The notes under the pieces are model-generated. The model made no database searches and had not been told where the DNA came from. It saw only the letters and a program-made list of their open reading frames with translations. Shown one piece after another: positions 1 to 12,900 of a DNA stretch of 64,000 nucleotides (positions are counted from its first letter, which is position 1; the number at the start of each line of letters is the position of its first letter). The position numbers and the translations under genes were made by a program. Source of the stretch: Antedon mediterranea (Eukaryota; Animalia; Echinodermata); contig NC_092676.1 in the NCBI RefSeq assembly GCF_964355755.1, positions 27,918,871 through 27,982,870 on the forward strand, given 5' to 3'.

Positions 1-544
1 TAGTAGTAGAATAGGTCTAAACCTCACTCATCTGAAAAAGGGAAACCCTACTACTAGCTAGGCCTAGTGATGATGAGGAGGTTGGTACCAACATGGATTG
101 GAGGAGGGTGGCAGGACATGGATGGGATGGGCCAACCATTCAACTAGCTACATATAATGATGAAAACGAGGCCTAGCATACGATACGACCAGCATACGAC
201 TCACAGCAATAAGAGAGCTACTAGACGTCCTTAAACATCAAGGACTTTTAATTTATCACACTTTGCTTTATAATAACATTTATAATGACAAAAACTCACC
301 CAGTCTAATATTTGATCAATCTATACTACATAATATTTAAATTTAACTTTGAGAAATCCAGTCCGTTGGCAAGTTTTTGTTGTTTACCAACGAAACGATG
401 TATTGAATTACGCCCTCTATATTAAACGACATAATGTGAGACACGCCCTCTCAAGTCTCAAACATTTTCTCTTGAGTATAGGGAGTTTATACAGAGCCTC
501 GTTTTGAATATTTATCGATATTGATTGATTGATTGAAATATATA

Positions 545-843
545 TTTATACTGGGTAACCTCTTCAGTCAAAGACTGGTCTCCCAGAGTGCCCAGTTGGT
601 AATCAGTGGCTGTGATGTACTAATACACCGGGGTAACCCCCTACTCGTCTCGAAAGATGTACTAGGTTCTTTGAAGTGCACACGAGCTAGATGTGTACAC
701 TGGACCTACGGTTTATAGTCCTTATCCGAGAAGACTCGTTCTACCACCAGAACCATGGAGTGAGTGAGAATCGAACCCATGCCGATGTTATGGCTACGTA
801 ATTACGGTTCCACTGTCTTAACCGCTCGGCCACTCACTCACTC
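545..843 (-). mobile_element. tRNA-derived SINE with Deu/Nin-type central domain
   Basis: The minus strand starts GAGTGAGTGGCCGAGCGGTTAAGAC (A box) ... GGTTCGATTC (B box), then CGGATAAGGACTATAAACCGTAGGTCC...AAAGAACC...GAGTAGGGGGTTACCCCGGTGT, which resembles the Deu domain as I recall it from SINE3/AmnSINE. A fragment recurs at ~59285-59350. Confidence 0.75.
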
Positions 844-1784
844 AATAACGACGCATAATTATCATTACTATTATAATTATTTGAGAGGCAGTGCATTTTG
901 ACTAAATAATATCTTCACATAATAACTTAGATTAGTTGAAACAATAAAGGCACGGTGATATTGCAAAAGTGTTAAATATTATGTTTATATATTTGTTCCA
1001 TCATTAAATTTTAAGTACATAATTATAATAACATGATATAAGTGTCTTTTTTAAGACTATATAGGCTAGATTTTTATGACATTTTTAAAATACACATTTT
1101 ACCGTTAGCCTGTAACAAAACTAACTGTTACTACCGTCGAAATGACACTTAAAATCACCGACCTAAAACCAACCCCCTCTGAAATTTCCAGTACTATATT
1201 TACTACATGCAACATATACCGAGTAATTTTTCTTTCAATATCTTTCTTGAATGATTGCTTTCAAGCTTACGTCGTGGACGTATTAACTGCAACTCATGTT
1301 AGAATCCTAATTGGGGGGTGGGGTGTGGGGGGGGGGGGCGAAGTGAGGGAGATCACATATTACTGTTTGAGCTACAGCAATTTTGTCTTAATTTAAAGAT
1401 TCCTACATTTTAAATCGTTAAACTTATAATAATGTTGGATAGTAAAGTGTACGGCGAGGGCTACTTATGTTTTTTTTTTATTATGAAGGAATGTGCATTT
1501 TTTACCAGCTGAATCTCAAGTTACTAAATACTATATACTATTGTTTTTAATATTAAATCATTGTCATATTGTATTATTACTAGCTTATTTAAAAACAAAT
1601 TACAAAAACGATACTCTAAACGGAATATTTATATTCATCAATACATTCTACTAAATGACACTAAATATTATATATAAACATTGCATAAAATAATAATTAC
1701 ATAGAGGAATGTACATATATAGGATATAGTATAATATAGCAATAAAAACTAATAGATATTCAATACAGATGTTTGTGCATGTTA

Positions 1785-1916
1785 AGCTCTGTCTACACTA
1801 CCAAACTTATATGACAAAAAAATGTGATGTGCCCATATACGATGATGTCATATCACTACCATATTTGGGCACATCACATTTTTTTTCACATAAACTTTGA
1901 TAGTGTAGACAGAGCT
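1785..1916. mobile_element. MITE family A (PIF/Harbinger-like), representative of ~24 copies
   Basis: TIR AGCTCTGTCTACACTATCAAAC...GTTTGATAGTGTAGACAGAGCT with an internal 21-bp unit ATATCACTACCATATTTGGGC. TAA duplication is exact at the 9928, 12991 and 57147 copies; flanks are TWA-like at several others. Other full or partial copies: ~4650-4734, 8054-8201, 8691-8837, 9928-10077, 12991-13149, 13558-13725, 14830-14970, 17964-18107, 19380-19515, 22425-22550, 23151-23570, 25922-26063, 27942-28045, 30375-30480, 31489-31627, 33408-33534, 39115-39269, 40497-40631, 40715-40802, 52040-52182, 57147-57232, 57705-57856, 59168-59225. Confidence 0.9.
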
Positions 1917-3909
1917 TAAGATGTGAGAATTATTTAAACTACAGTCTTTTTATTTATAATATATCTTTGTATAACAAATCTTATCTACACACACCTACAA
2001 GCATGTTTATAAATTGCAATTATATTATTTTAAATAAAAAAACAAGTGTACAATTACTCGAGCCTTAAAATAAAAATCTGACACTTGTCAGGAGTATGTT
2101 AACATAAATCTACTTTTTGCATGCACAATAAAACCTTTTTTGAATGGAAATTCCTGGTCTTGTGGTGGATATGATGAAACTAATACTGTACTAACCTCTA
2201 AGCACCACAAACTTTTCCCTTTAAATCTAACTAAGACATTTTTACATTTTTATATTTTACAAATACTAATTGAATTTACAAAACGAACATGTAAAATCTT
2301 GGCAATTCTATTGGCTAGTTTGTTTTGAACCCTTGCGGAGGAGAACACTTAATAGCTAGGAGGCCTATATATGTATAAAACTATAATACATAATATAAAG
2401 GTTATCTGCATTAAAAAAAACTTTAATTAATATGCAGCTATAAAATGCTGTAAAAATGAATAAATAATAATCTAATAAAAAAATTAAATCATAAAATCTA
2501 ATTTTAAAAAAAATACTATAATCAATTTAAACAAAAATTAAACATAAATCTTGTTTGAATAAAAATTGGAAGTTAAACTGAAAAATATATTTTGTTATAG
2601 TACTGGATAGAAAACAAGTTGACATGACATCAAGGATCTTTGTGGTGCTGTTCCGCATGTGATGCCTTCAGAATTTATTCCTAGCTTTCCACGGGAGCTG
2701 GGGATTAGTTTAAACCTTGTAGCTGATTCCGAGGAGTAATATATTCAGTAAATCTAAAATTGTGCAAGAGAGCTAAATAAAGCCATAGATCATCCAAACC
2801 TATAAAAAGGTAGCGCTATTTCAATGTTGTATCCAAGTCTTGTTTCTGCCGAATGCACTAAAAGTTGTGAGTGCACAAGAAGTGCAGTGATCAAGATAAA
2901 GCCTGAAAGATAATTAATATAAATTACAAGTCTAAGATATGTGAAAGGAGACCAACAAGAAAAAGATGGACTGGTGCTGGTGTATTTGGTTCTACTACAG
3001 AATTAATGGAAGGTAACATAAAGCACATGTCATGTTGATATTTGGGTGTAATATGACCATGAAGCATGGGTAATACAGAATAATATACAGGGCTGGGAAC
3101 ACATTAAAGACAATGCTGTGCATACCATTAGCAAGAAAAAACATCAAAATATGGAAAGAGGGAGAGCGAGAGCAAGAAGTACCACACCTAATATAAAGCA
3201 ATTACACCAAAAAACGTAGGGTTTTTGAAAATGTATAAAGACATAACAAGTGCAACTGGATTGTACATTCTAAACGTCTCACTGTGCTGTTATTTTGACA
3301 TTGACATGGAAACAATATGCATCTTTTCAGAAGGAAAAATGTATAGGAAACCAAATGGTTGAAGCAAGCAAAAACTTAAAAAGCATGCAACATACAGATC
3401 AATTTGAGAAACAAATCAGAGAAAATAAATTTAAATAAAAACAACCAATGAAATAGAAGGTGAATAACGTGTCATGCAGCATAACATAAATTGGTGACAA
3501 TGTATTTAAAGCCTATTGATGACAACCAGACCAAACAATTACAAGAGAAATGTGAAGAAAGAAAGTAATTACAAAAAACGTGAAACAAATAAAGTTTGTG
3601 GTTCATGCAGTCAGGAGGTAAAGATTAAAGCTGAAACTTAAAGATACCGATGCATGGTGTACATGGGTGATGCTAAAGCACAAGCAACAAGACGCTAGAG
3701 TGGTTCCCAACTTTATCAATCATCACTTTATCAATTTTAATTTTCACCACCTCTAAATGCTAGAAAACAGTACAGTGATATGTAATTTTTCTCAAATGTT
3801 TTGGCAGATTTCTGAATCTATGGAAGATCTAATTTGGGCACATTGCCAAACAATATTATTTTTGCAGACCTCTAAGTTTGGGAACCACTGAGTCAAATGA
3901 CAAAAAAAG

Positions 3910-6900
3910 TTATAAATATGTATCTACATCTTCCTTGTTGATAACTTTCATGGTTGACGGTCGATTCGGTAATCGTGGCGGGGCATTCCCTCCGTCGACT
4001 GAATCACTAGGAGTCTTTTTCTTTCTTGGTCTAGCTGTAGGAACAGGTGGTGGTGTGTCCACTTCTTTATTCAAATTTACAGGTGCTGGAGCAGGAGGAG
4101 GTAGACCAAACTTTTCTATTAGTGCTGATTCTTCATTTTTTATCGTGCTTCGTGGTCTAGCACGGGGAACTGGAGGAGCCGGTCGACTCGGTGCTGCTTT
4201 AACAGTTTCAGTAACCTCTGGTTTAACTTCGGAAGGAGGTTGAGAACTAGCAGCTGGTTGGGTACTTTGCTTAACCATCACGGATGTACGCTTGGGTCTT
4301 GTAGGAGGTACCGGAGGTGGTGGTTCATTTTTCTCTGGTATTTCCTGCGATAATAGTTTACTTCTGGGTCTCCTTGGTACGGGTTGTGGTGCTGGTTTGG
4401 TCTCCTTATTTTCATTGTTTGTTTGTTCAATTCCAACAGTTTGTTTACTATCCATATTTCTAGGTAATGAAGCAGATGATGAGGGTGCCATTCCAAGGTT
4501 GTGCAGCAGCACAAGTGCTTCTTCCTCAGAGTTGGCATGGACATCATGGTTGAATTCAAATGGATTGCCAATAGACTGTGGCTGTGAAAGAGATTGTCAA
4601 TATTTATTAACATTTTCAATAGATTAAATATATTCAAAAGATCATTTTAATATATGGACATGATGATGTCATATGCCATATTTGGGCGCATCACACTTTT
4701 TTTGTCAAACTATTTTGATAGTGTAGACAGAGCTTAAGGCATTAGGTTCAAACTTTTAAGCCAGCTAAAACTACTATTTAACATCAGGCAAGCTCTATCA
4801 CAATAACAATTTTTCTATAAAACTAAAAATAAATTTTCATGTTTGCTTTGATATAGTAAATAGTTGACAAAAATTCATAACTTACTCTGCCAACTCCCTG
4901 CTTAGGTAGTGAATTAGATTTTGATTTAGTGCTGGCTGTTCGGCTTGCTGGCCTACCATGTGGAATTGGTGGAGCTTCTTCATTCTTACTAGCAGACGAT
5001 GTTACTTCAACTGATTGACTAGATTCAAACGATGTTGCTGAACTAGATTGTGAAGAACTGTTATTATGTAAAGGAATTTCTGCAAAAACTGGTTCTGGTG
5101 ACAATGGAGTGGTTGAAGGTCTCATTGGTACAGGTAATGGTCCAGTGGCTGGTCTTCCTGGTTTTACTGATCCTGGTGTAGTTACTGGACTGTTAGATGG
5201 TCTTCCGGGTGGCACAGGACTACTTGATGGCCGACCTGGCGGCACTGGATTAGAGTTTGGTCTTGGGGGTGGCCCTGACCCATTAATACTGCTACTAGTG
5301 TTTTGTAAAGTATTTGGTGTTCTGGGTCTTCTTGGTGGTGCATTAGGGCGACTTGGTCCTGTTTTTGGTCTTTCAGGCGGTGCATTTGGTCTAGGAGGTC
5401 TTGTCTTCGACAAAGGGGGTGGTCTTGACGGCCTTGAAGGTCTTTGAGCAGCAGAGTCTGTTATTTGATTTTCAATTGATGGACTGGGTGATCTTGACTT
5501 TAAAACGTGCGGCACAAGAGGAGCTTGGAGTGATAACCCATAATTTCCTTCATTTTCAATAAACTGCATCTCTTCATCTAAAATAAACAAGGCTTATTAC
5601 TTAATTATTTTATTTTTATCCTTCCATCTTTTCAGACCATATAAACAACATCCAAATCTTTAACTTTGAACAGTCAGTAGAGTATAATAAAATAAGAGGA
5701 ACCCCACCCCTATTAAGAGAAACCCCACCCCTATTAAGAGAAACCCCACCCTATTAAGAGAAACCCCACCCTATTAAGAGGATCCTTTTTAGGTCCCAAG
5801 TGTGTTCCCTTAATAGAGTTCTACTGTAAAGATACAACATTCCACACAAATGTATTATTTCCTAATTTAAAAAAAAAAAAAAAAATTATTTATATTTACC
5901 ATCATATTCAAAGCTCATTGAAGGATAATCAAAGCTCTCTCCTAGCAGACTGTTGCTGACTGGTTCATAGAGACGTTCCGTGTTTAAAGTGCAAAGGGAT
6001 ATCTCATCTTCTACTTGCTGTAACCAGTCTGTCTGTTGCAACTCAATGACCAGCTCATGTCCAAACACTTCATGGCCATTTAGACCGGATGCTGCCAGAG
6101 CACTTCGTCCGTCACGGAAGGTGACCACCATACTGGCCTCTACAAATCTTTTAAATGATTTTAAATAAATAATTTATTGTAATTATTGATAAAGACCATC
6201 ATGTAGAATGGCATGTTTTAATACTAAAAACTACAAACAAAATAAATTTCAATGTGTCAAAACAAAATAAATATATAAATTTAATCAATCAAAAAACAAC
6301 ATTAGAAAAAGCAATAAAAAAACAAAAAATGTGAAACATACCTTACAAGAACCACTTGTCCGATTTGATCTAACAATCTTAAAATCTCATCCACAATCGC
6401 ATCGGTAAAGTCTACACCGCCCCCGATACCGAGGTGAATGATGATGCTGCCATCAGTTGGGCCTTTTTGACAGAGTATCTCTTTATAGATGTTGTCACGG
6501 TTGTCTTCATCTACTTGCTGGACAATGATCTCAAGCACTGCTATGACTGGACTGTGAAACGGAGGAGTAAATCTAAATTTTTACTGGAGCATGTACTATA
6601 CATGTTACACATTGATAGAGGAACATTTATCTCTGTTATTTACTTTATTTAAACAATATTTAATGAGGGTGGTCCATCCAGATTCAGTCTATAATTAAAA
6701 TAAAATTAACTAATGGGTTATTTTCTTTGTTTATTTTGGTAGCAGAAAATGGTTCATTTGCAGATGGTAGCAGATAAGTCCATTTAAAATACTCCGATGT
6801 TACGACTTAAAATCTACAGATATCCTACCGATGATCAGACGTCTTTAATTCAGCACGACCATAATGTAGAATTTTCCCAGCATTCCATTTGTCTTCCTTT

Positions 6901-9900
6901 CCGTTATCCTCATCTATGTACAATCAAACATTAATGTAAACTATTGTGTAATAGACACATCAGACACTAATAGAACATTATTAGTATATAGTATTTCTTT
7001 TATCGATTAATCTTCTATTTCATTTGTCAACCTTTGACATACCATGCATTTGGTGGGGAAGACGTCTTCGGCACCAAAGTACGCGGTCTGTCCACGCCGG
7101 TGTTCGGTTTTTCTCACTCGTGTCATAATCATCAGAAAACAGATCATATTTGTAAGTTGGAGCAAACTGGATATCACCTTCTAAAAATCCTTGGAAAACC
7201 TAGAAAAAATGTTATAATAATAATAATAGTTCATTCTTATATAGTGCATATAAGCAAGCTGTCAATGCGCTGCACATTATTACTCCGGTTATTCTTTTGG
7301 ATCAAACATAATAATGCAGCTAGTAATCAGTGCAAAGTTGTTGTGTACCCATTTTATACCCCTGGGTGGAGAGGCAAATGTAATTATTATAAGTTCATTC
7401 TCCTCTTTTGTTTAACAATGGAAATGTGGCCATTTGATGTGGTCATTTAATTCTCTTTTATATAACAATGTCATTATGATAATTAGATGACCACACACCT
7501 GGTCATCTGCATGTTGTATTAGAAGTTGATCATAACTTTTGAGTGCTTCCCAATTGTCACTGGTCACTAGACTTTTGACCTCTTCATTATCAAGGTCAAT
7601 TCTGTAATTGAAGTCACCGCACCAGAAAACGTAATCGTGAGATGCCAGTGTTCTACCCTGTAAAACGTGAAGAAGAAATGTTTCAATTTAATGCACTACT
7701 GTCTATTAGGGCATCTTAAGGTCAAATTTTATAAATAGACTAAAGTAAAGATTGGATGCAAGAACAAACAAAGATAAAAAAATGTAAATATCTAACTACA
7801 ATTACGTTACAATGCGTTATCGATACTTACCATTGGAAACATAATACGTTTAGTGATTTCAGCATAATCTTCATTCCGATCTTTGACCTGGGACTGACCT
7901 GCCGCGAAATGGGCACATACAAAACACATTGAGGTATTGTGCAAGAGGAAGCGTATTGCCACAGCTCCCTTGTTGCCAGATTTACCTTTTAGTCCTGTTT
8001 TAACTTTATCAAATGCAACATCCCTGAAAAGAAATCAAAATAATGTAAACTTAAGCTCTGTCTACACTATCAAACTATATGTGATGTGCCCATATATGGA
8101 CACAATGATGTCATATCACTACCATATTTGGGCATATCACTACCATATTGGGGCACATTACACTTTTTTGTCAAACTAGTTTGATAGAGTAGACAAGAGC
8201 TTTGGAAACTGCATCTTACAATGAATACTGAAAACCGTTATTGGAACCACATCAACAATTAATAAAACATCCTTACCGTATAAAAGGAAGCAATTTCGGT
8301 CTAATAAATACATATAAACAGACACCGACAAGCTGTTCTGACGTAAGCAACACATATTTATGATTTCTTGATAATGTTTTCTGTAATTCTTCACCCCATT
8401 GTTTTTGATTTGTTGTACTAAAAAGACAGAAAAAAGCAATTTAAGTCCATCAGTTAAAGATATCTTATATTGATGCTAAATGGGTAAGTGCAGAAATTTG
8501 TTTACATACCTTGCACTAATAATATTACTAGCATTCAAATCTACCATTTCTTCAAATCCTATTGAATATATATCTATAGGTACTGAAAAGTCAATGCTAT
8601 CATCCACTGACCCTACATAAGTAAAGAAAAAAATAAATAAATACAAGAGAATATAGTTATACTGTACTGTTTTTAGCAAAACTAATATAAAGCTCTATTT
8701 ACACAATCAAATTAGTTTGATGTGCCCAAATACGGTAGTGATATGCCCAAATATGGTAGTGATATGACATCATCATGTCCATGTATGGGCACATCACATT
8801 TTTTTTTCACATAAAGTTTGATAGTGTAGACAGAGCTTTAGCATGAGGAAACTTTGACATGACCTTTGACATGACCTTTCATAAACCCATTGCCCTAATA
8901 TATTCATATACTGTACACTCACCAGGAAAATGTTGTTGCATTGTTTTATGATTGTCTAAGAGCCAGTCGGTCATCGATTCATTTTTGTACGCCACACTTC
9001 GGAAATGTTTTCCTCCATTAACATTCCACGTACCTACGCTTACGCGAATACTAGACATCTTAGAAAATTGATCTTCGCGTTCACACATTGAATGTAGAGT
9101 AGAGGGAGAGGCTAAAAAGTGTAAAAATTAACATGTATATTAAGATAATAAGATTGAATGAGGGGTGCGCTACTGTAAGAGGCTATAAGGGCTTGTAATT
9201 TTTTTAGACTATTTAGGGCATAATAAACTTTGAAAAGGACATAGAATTTAAGATGAATAGTGTATAACGATGCATGGTTCAAATAACCGTCTCACAGAGA
9301 CATCTGGTAGCCATTGACTTAAAGTTGGCATTTGGATGTGTTACTTTTAAATGTACAGTACGAGAGTGACTACTACCAAATTGCACAGTCACAATACAAC
9401 TTATAAAACAGTTCATATATACAGTTAAAACATTGCTGGGAATTATAAATTTCTGTTGAAGCAGGCTCCAATGAAGTTCCATCTAGTAAGTTGACTTTGT
9501 GGTACAACTCTATCAAGTACTGATGGTATCTTCCGACCTCTTCGTTTACTTTGTGTTGTGTGAAAAGTAAGAATTTTTGGGTATATATATTATGATGGAA
9601 ACAAGATGGAAACAAAATGTAATACATACTATGCAAAAACTCTCTTGGTAATATATTGCCCGCTTTATCCGCTAATTTGCCTACTAGTGAGTTGCCTAGC
9701 AACAATATATCAATCGCTTCTTGTTTGCTGCCATCAAAGAAATTGTTCTGTATCGTCCGTGTTACTGAGCGTGCTCCGTCCCGTAATTTTCCCGCCTATA
9801 CAAAATAATAATAATATAATTTTACAGTTTTGTAGGATTGCTAATAACTAATGACAACATACTGCATGGCTGCAGTGAACCTATTGACCAGAGGTTGACA

Positions 9901-12900
9901 CACAGATACTACAGTAATCTAGTATAAAGCTCTGTTTAACAGACTAGTTTGACAAAAAAGTGTGGCCAAATATGGTAGTAATATACCCAAATATGATAGT
10001 GATATGACATCATATGTCCATATATGGGCACATCACATTTTTTTTGTCACATAAAGTTTGAAAGTGTAGACAGAGCTTAAGATTCTACTCACCGTTGTCT
10101 TGCCTTCCAGTGCACCTGTACCAGCATAGATCTTACTCACATGGTCGCCATTTTGCACCCACATTGTTTTAAATACTTCCTCAAATCTTGAGAGATGAGA
10201 CTTAACTGGGATGCTGATGCTTTCCAACTGTTTCTGCAGCATCTGTTAGTAAACAAAGTTTGACTCTCTAGAAGTTTATTAGTATCTCTATGGTTGTAAA
10301 CAAAGATAGTTGTCTAATTGACTCTCTGGTTGTTTACTAGTATCTATATTGTTAGTTATCAAAGTTGTTTAAACTAGTCTTTAGTTGTTTAATAATCTCT
10401 ATTGTAACAAAAATAGTATGCTACTAAAATATACCACTCTGAACTTTCACAATTATTAAATTCTACATTTTGCCATAATTTTATTCTTAAAACAAACAGG
10501 AAAACAGTCTTGTAAACTTTATTGACTTGAAAAATATGAGGAAATAGGAATAGAAAATCAAAATTTTCATAGTAATTGCAAACACTAACGTTGAGTACTT
10601 CTATTCACGCATGTTGTCAAGAGTCATTGAGTTACGTACGCCTCGATATAAACTTGGTTTATCATTGAACATCGTATGCTTGCTTTTCTCAAGATGTGTC
10701 TTAGATCCTGGTTGTCTCAAATTACAGATCACACTTGTTTTTACCAGGCAATAAAACAACCAGACTGAATATTTTACACTTAAAAACAAAATACCTGCAT
10801 TCCGAAGAACATTTGCACAGCGTTGGTTCGGTCTAGACAGTCCATGCAATTGGTTCTAAAGCACCCTATTTGTTGTCTACAATTACAAAAACGTTTTATT
10901 AATACATAAGCAGAAGATATTAAAAACACTCGTCATAAACTCAACCATGGAGTAAAGAATAATTCTTTACTCCATGACTCAACATATTAACTTAATTTTT
11001 TTGTCATGTTCTGAACAGTAGTATTTAGAGGGCCTCCTATCACAAGCCCCTTGAGGTTTCTTGAAGGTCCCTTTCATCTTCTTTAAATTGTTTACTCTTT
11101 CTTGTTATGTTTATTGTTTTGATAATAAAGGAACAAATAAATTAAATAAAACAAATTGAGAAATATAGTCTTGATTTATCTACATACGTTTTGACTTCTT
11201 CTCCATCATATGCAAAGAACTGGAAGCTGTCAATGTATTTAGCAACCCTTTGTTTGAGTACTGTTTGGAGGTTATCTACCTTACCCCCACGCATCATCTG
11301 ATGATAGTCAAAAAGGACGTGTGGGATGTCTTGTGAATGCGATGACGCCTTATGATGACTCTACAATAATATAATAGTTCATTTTTATATAACATAAATA
11401 AGCAAGCTCTCAATGCGCTGCACATTATTACCCCAGTAATTTTTTTAGATCAAACCCGTATGGAAACATACTCCAATTATAATGCAGCTGGTAATCAGCG
11501 CAAAGTTGTGTCTTGATCTAACCAGTACCCATTTATACACCTGGGTGGAGAGAGGCAAATTTAAGTAAAGTGTATTGCCTAAGGATACAATCAATGCGGA
11601 GAGTTGGATTCAAACCACGATCATGAATCCAACACACTGTGCCACACGCCCTCATAAATGGTTGAAAAATACGCAAAATATTAAACTATAATAATGATAT
11701 GCAATATTTGAGATAACTGATTTTAAACTCTTTCTTCCCTAGTATATAGACTATAATATAGAAAGGTTAGATGCAACATTAATAGAATAAAATGAAAGTA
11801 ACATTTAAGTAAGAAATCAAATTATTGAACTTTTGATGAGAAACTATAACTGGTAATAATAACCCTTTTTGTATCTCATTATAAAATTGAAGAATAAACA
11901 GAAAGTGCTAATCAGCAACTCCTTCAGTTTCATGAATATTTGTATCAAGTACTCTAACCCTTAACCTAGCCATACATGATACAGGCACCACATATAAATG
12001 AGATGCCAAATATTCCTATGTTTCGGAAAAAGATATTATGTGGAAATACTGGGAATCGGTGGCCGTACTCAACAATCACACTTAGGCGAAGCGAAACACT
12101 AACCTTTAAGTTTAAAAAATCTCCTATCTATAGTGAATACAATTTAAGGAAATACTTAAACAATTATTGAGTTAAGTGAAATACTTAAAGATGTTTTGTC
12201 CCTTGAAACACAAAAAAATGAAAGTCAAGATATTGTAAATTTGAATTGGCCATATCAAAGTAATATTAAAGTTATTCACTTTAAGTCGAAAATTCGAGCA
12301 AAAAACATCAAGTTTACGTAATTAACAGGTAAATTAGTTTGATTACATTTCGTCTGGAAAATCGTCACCAGCGAAAGTAAACAAAGATTTCAAACCAAGA
12401 GTATGCATTATGCATGATCCTAATAGGATTGTTTACAACTCGTCACGGTTGAGAAGGTGTTTTCACACAGATCGCGAGGAAGTTTATGATTATGCATACA
12501 GAGTAGCCAAACAAGCGCGTTGCATTATGAGATATGTTTTGATCAAAAACTTTGACTGGCAGTCACAGTTTTTTTTTTAACTAAAAAAGGTCTGTATTTC
12601 AGTGAGATAATTTTTTTGTTTGACTAATTTTTGGAGAAAGTTAATAACTATTATGATACTTCAAAATGACCCACTTTTTTTCGAAATCTTCTAATTTTTA
12701 TTTTTTTTTTATTTGACAAAGGGACAATACATCTTTAATATTTAAGGGAAATTTCTCACTTTAGTATGTGAATACAGCCACAGGTGCTTTTCCTTGCATT
12801 TCATATTTGCCTCAAACATAGTTTCTTAAGTTTTTGTTGACTAAGTTAGCTATACTTACTTGAAATAGCTTGCTTAGCATAGCCTCTCCCTCTTTGTTTC

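Noticed and set aside
195-380. 5' exons of a neighbouring minus-strand gene (GTGAGT donors near 204 and 299)
   Set aside because: Plausible, but no convincing reading frame lies within the window.
760-843. tRNA gene
   Set aside because: A and B boxes are present but continue into a SINE body; no canonical cloverleaf.
2100-2910. Alternative terminal exons of synaptojanin
   Set aside because: Candidate acceptors lead to stops within a few codons; cannot be distinguished from 3'UTR.
3878-5447. Gly/Leu-rich plus-strand ORFs (3878, 4292, 5109)
   Set aside because: Antisense shadows of the proline-rich synaptojanin exons.
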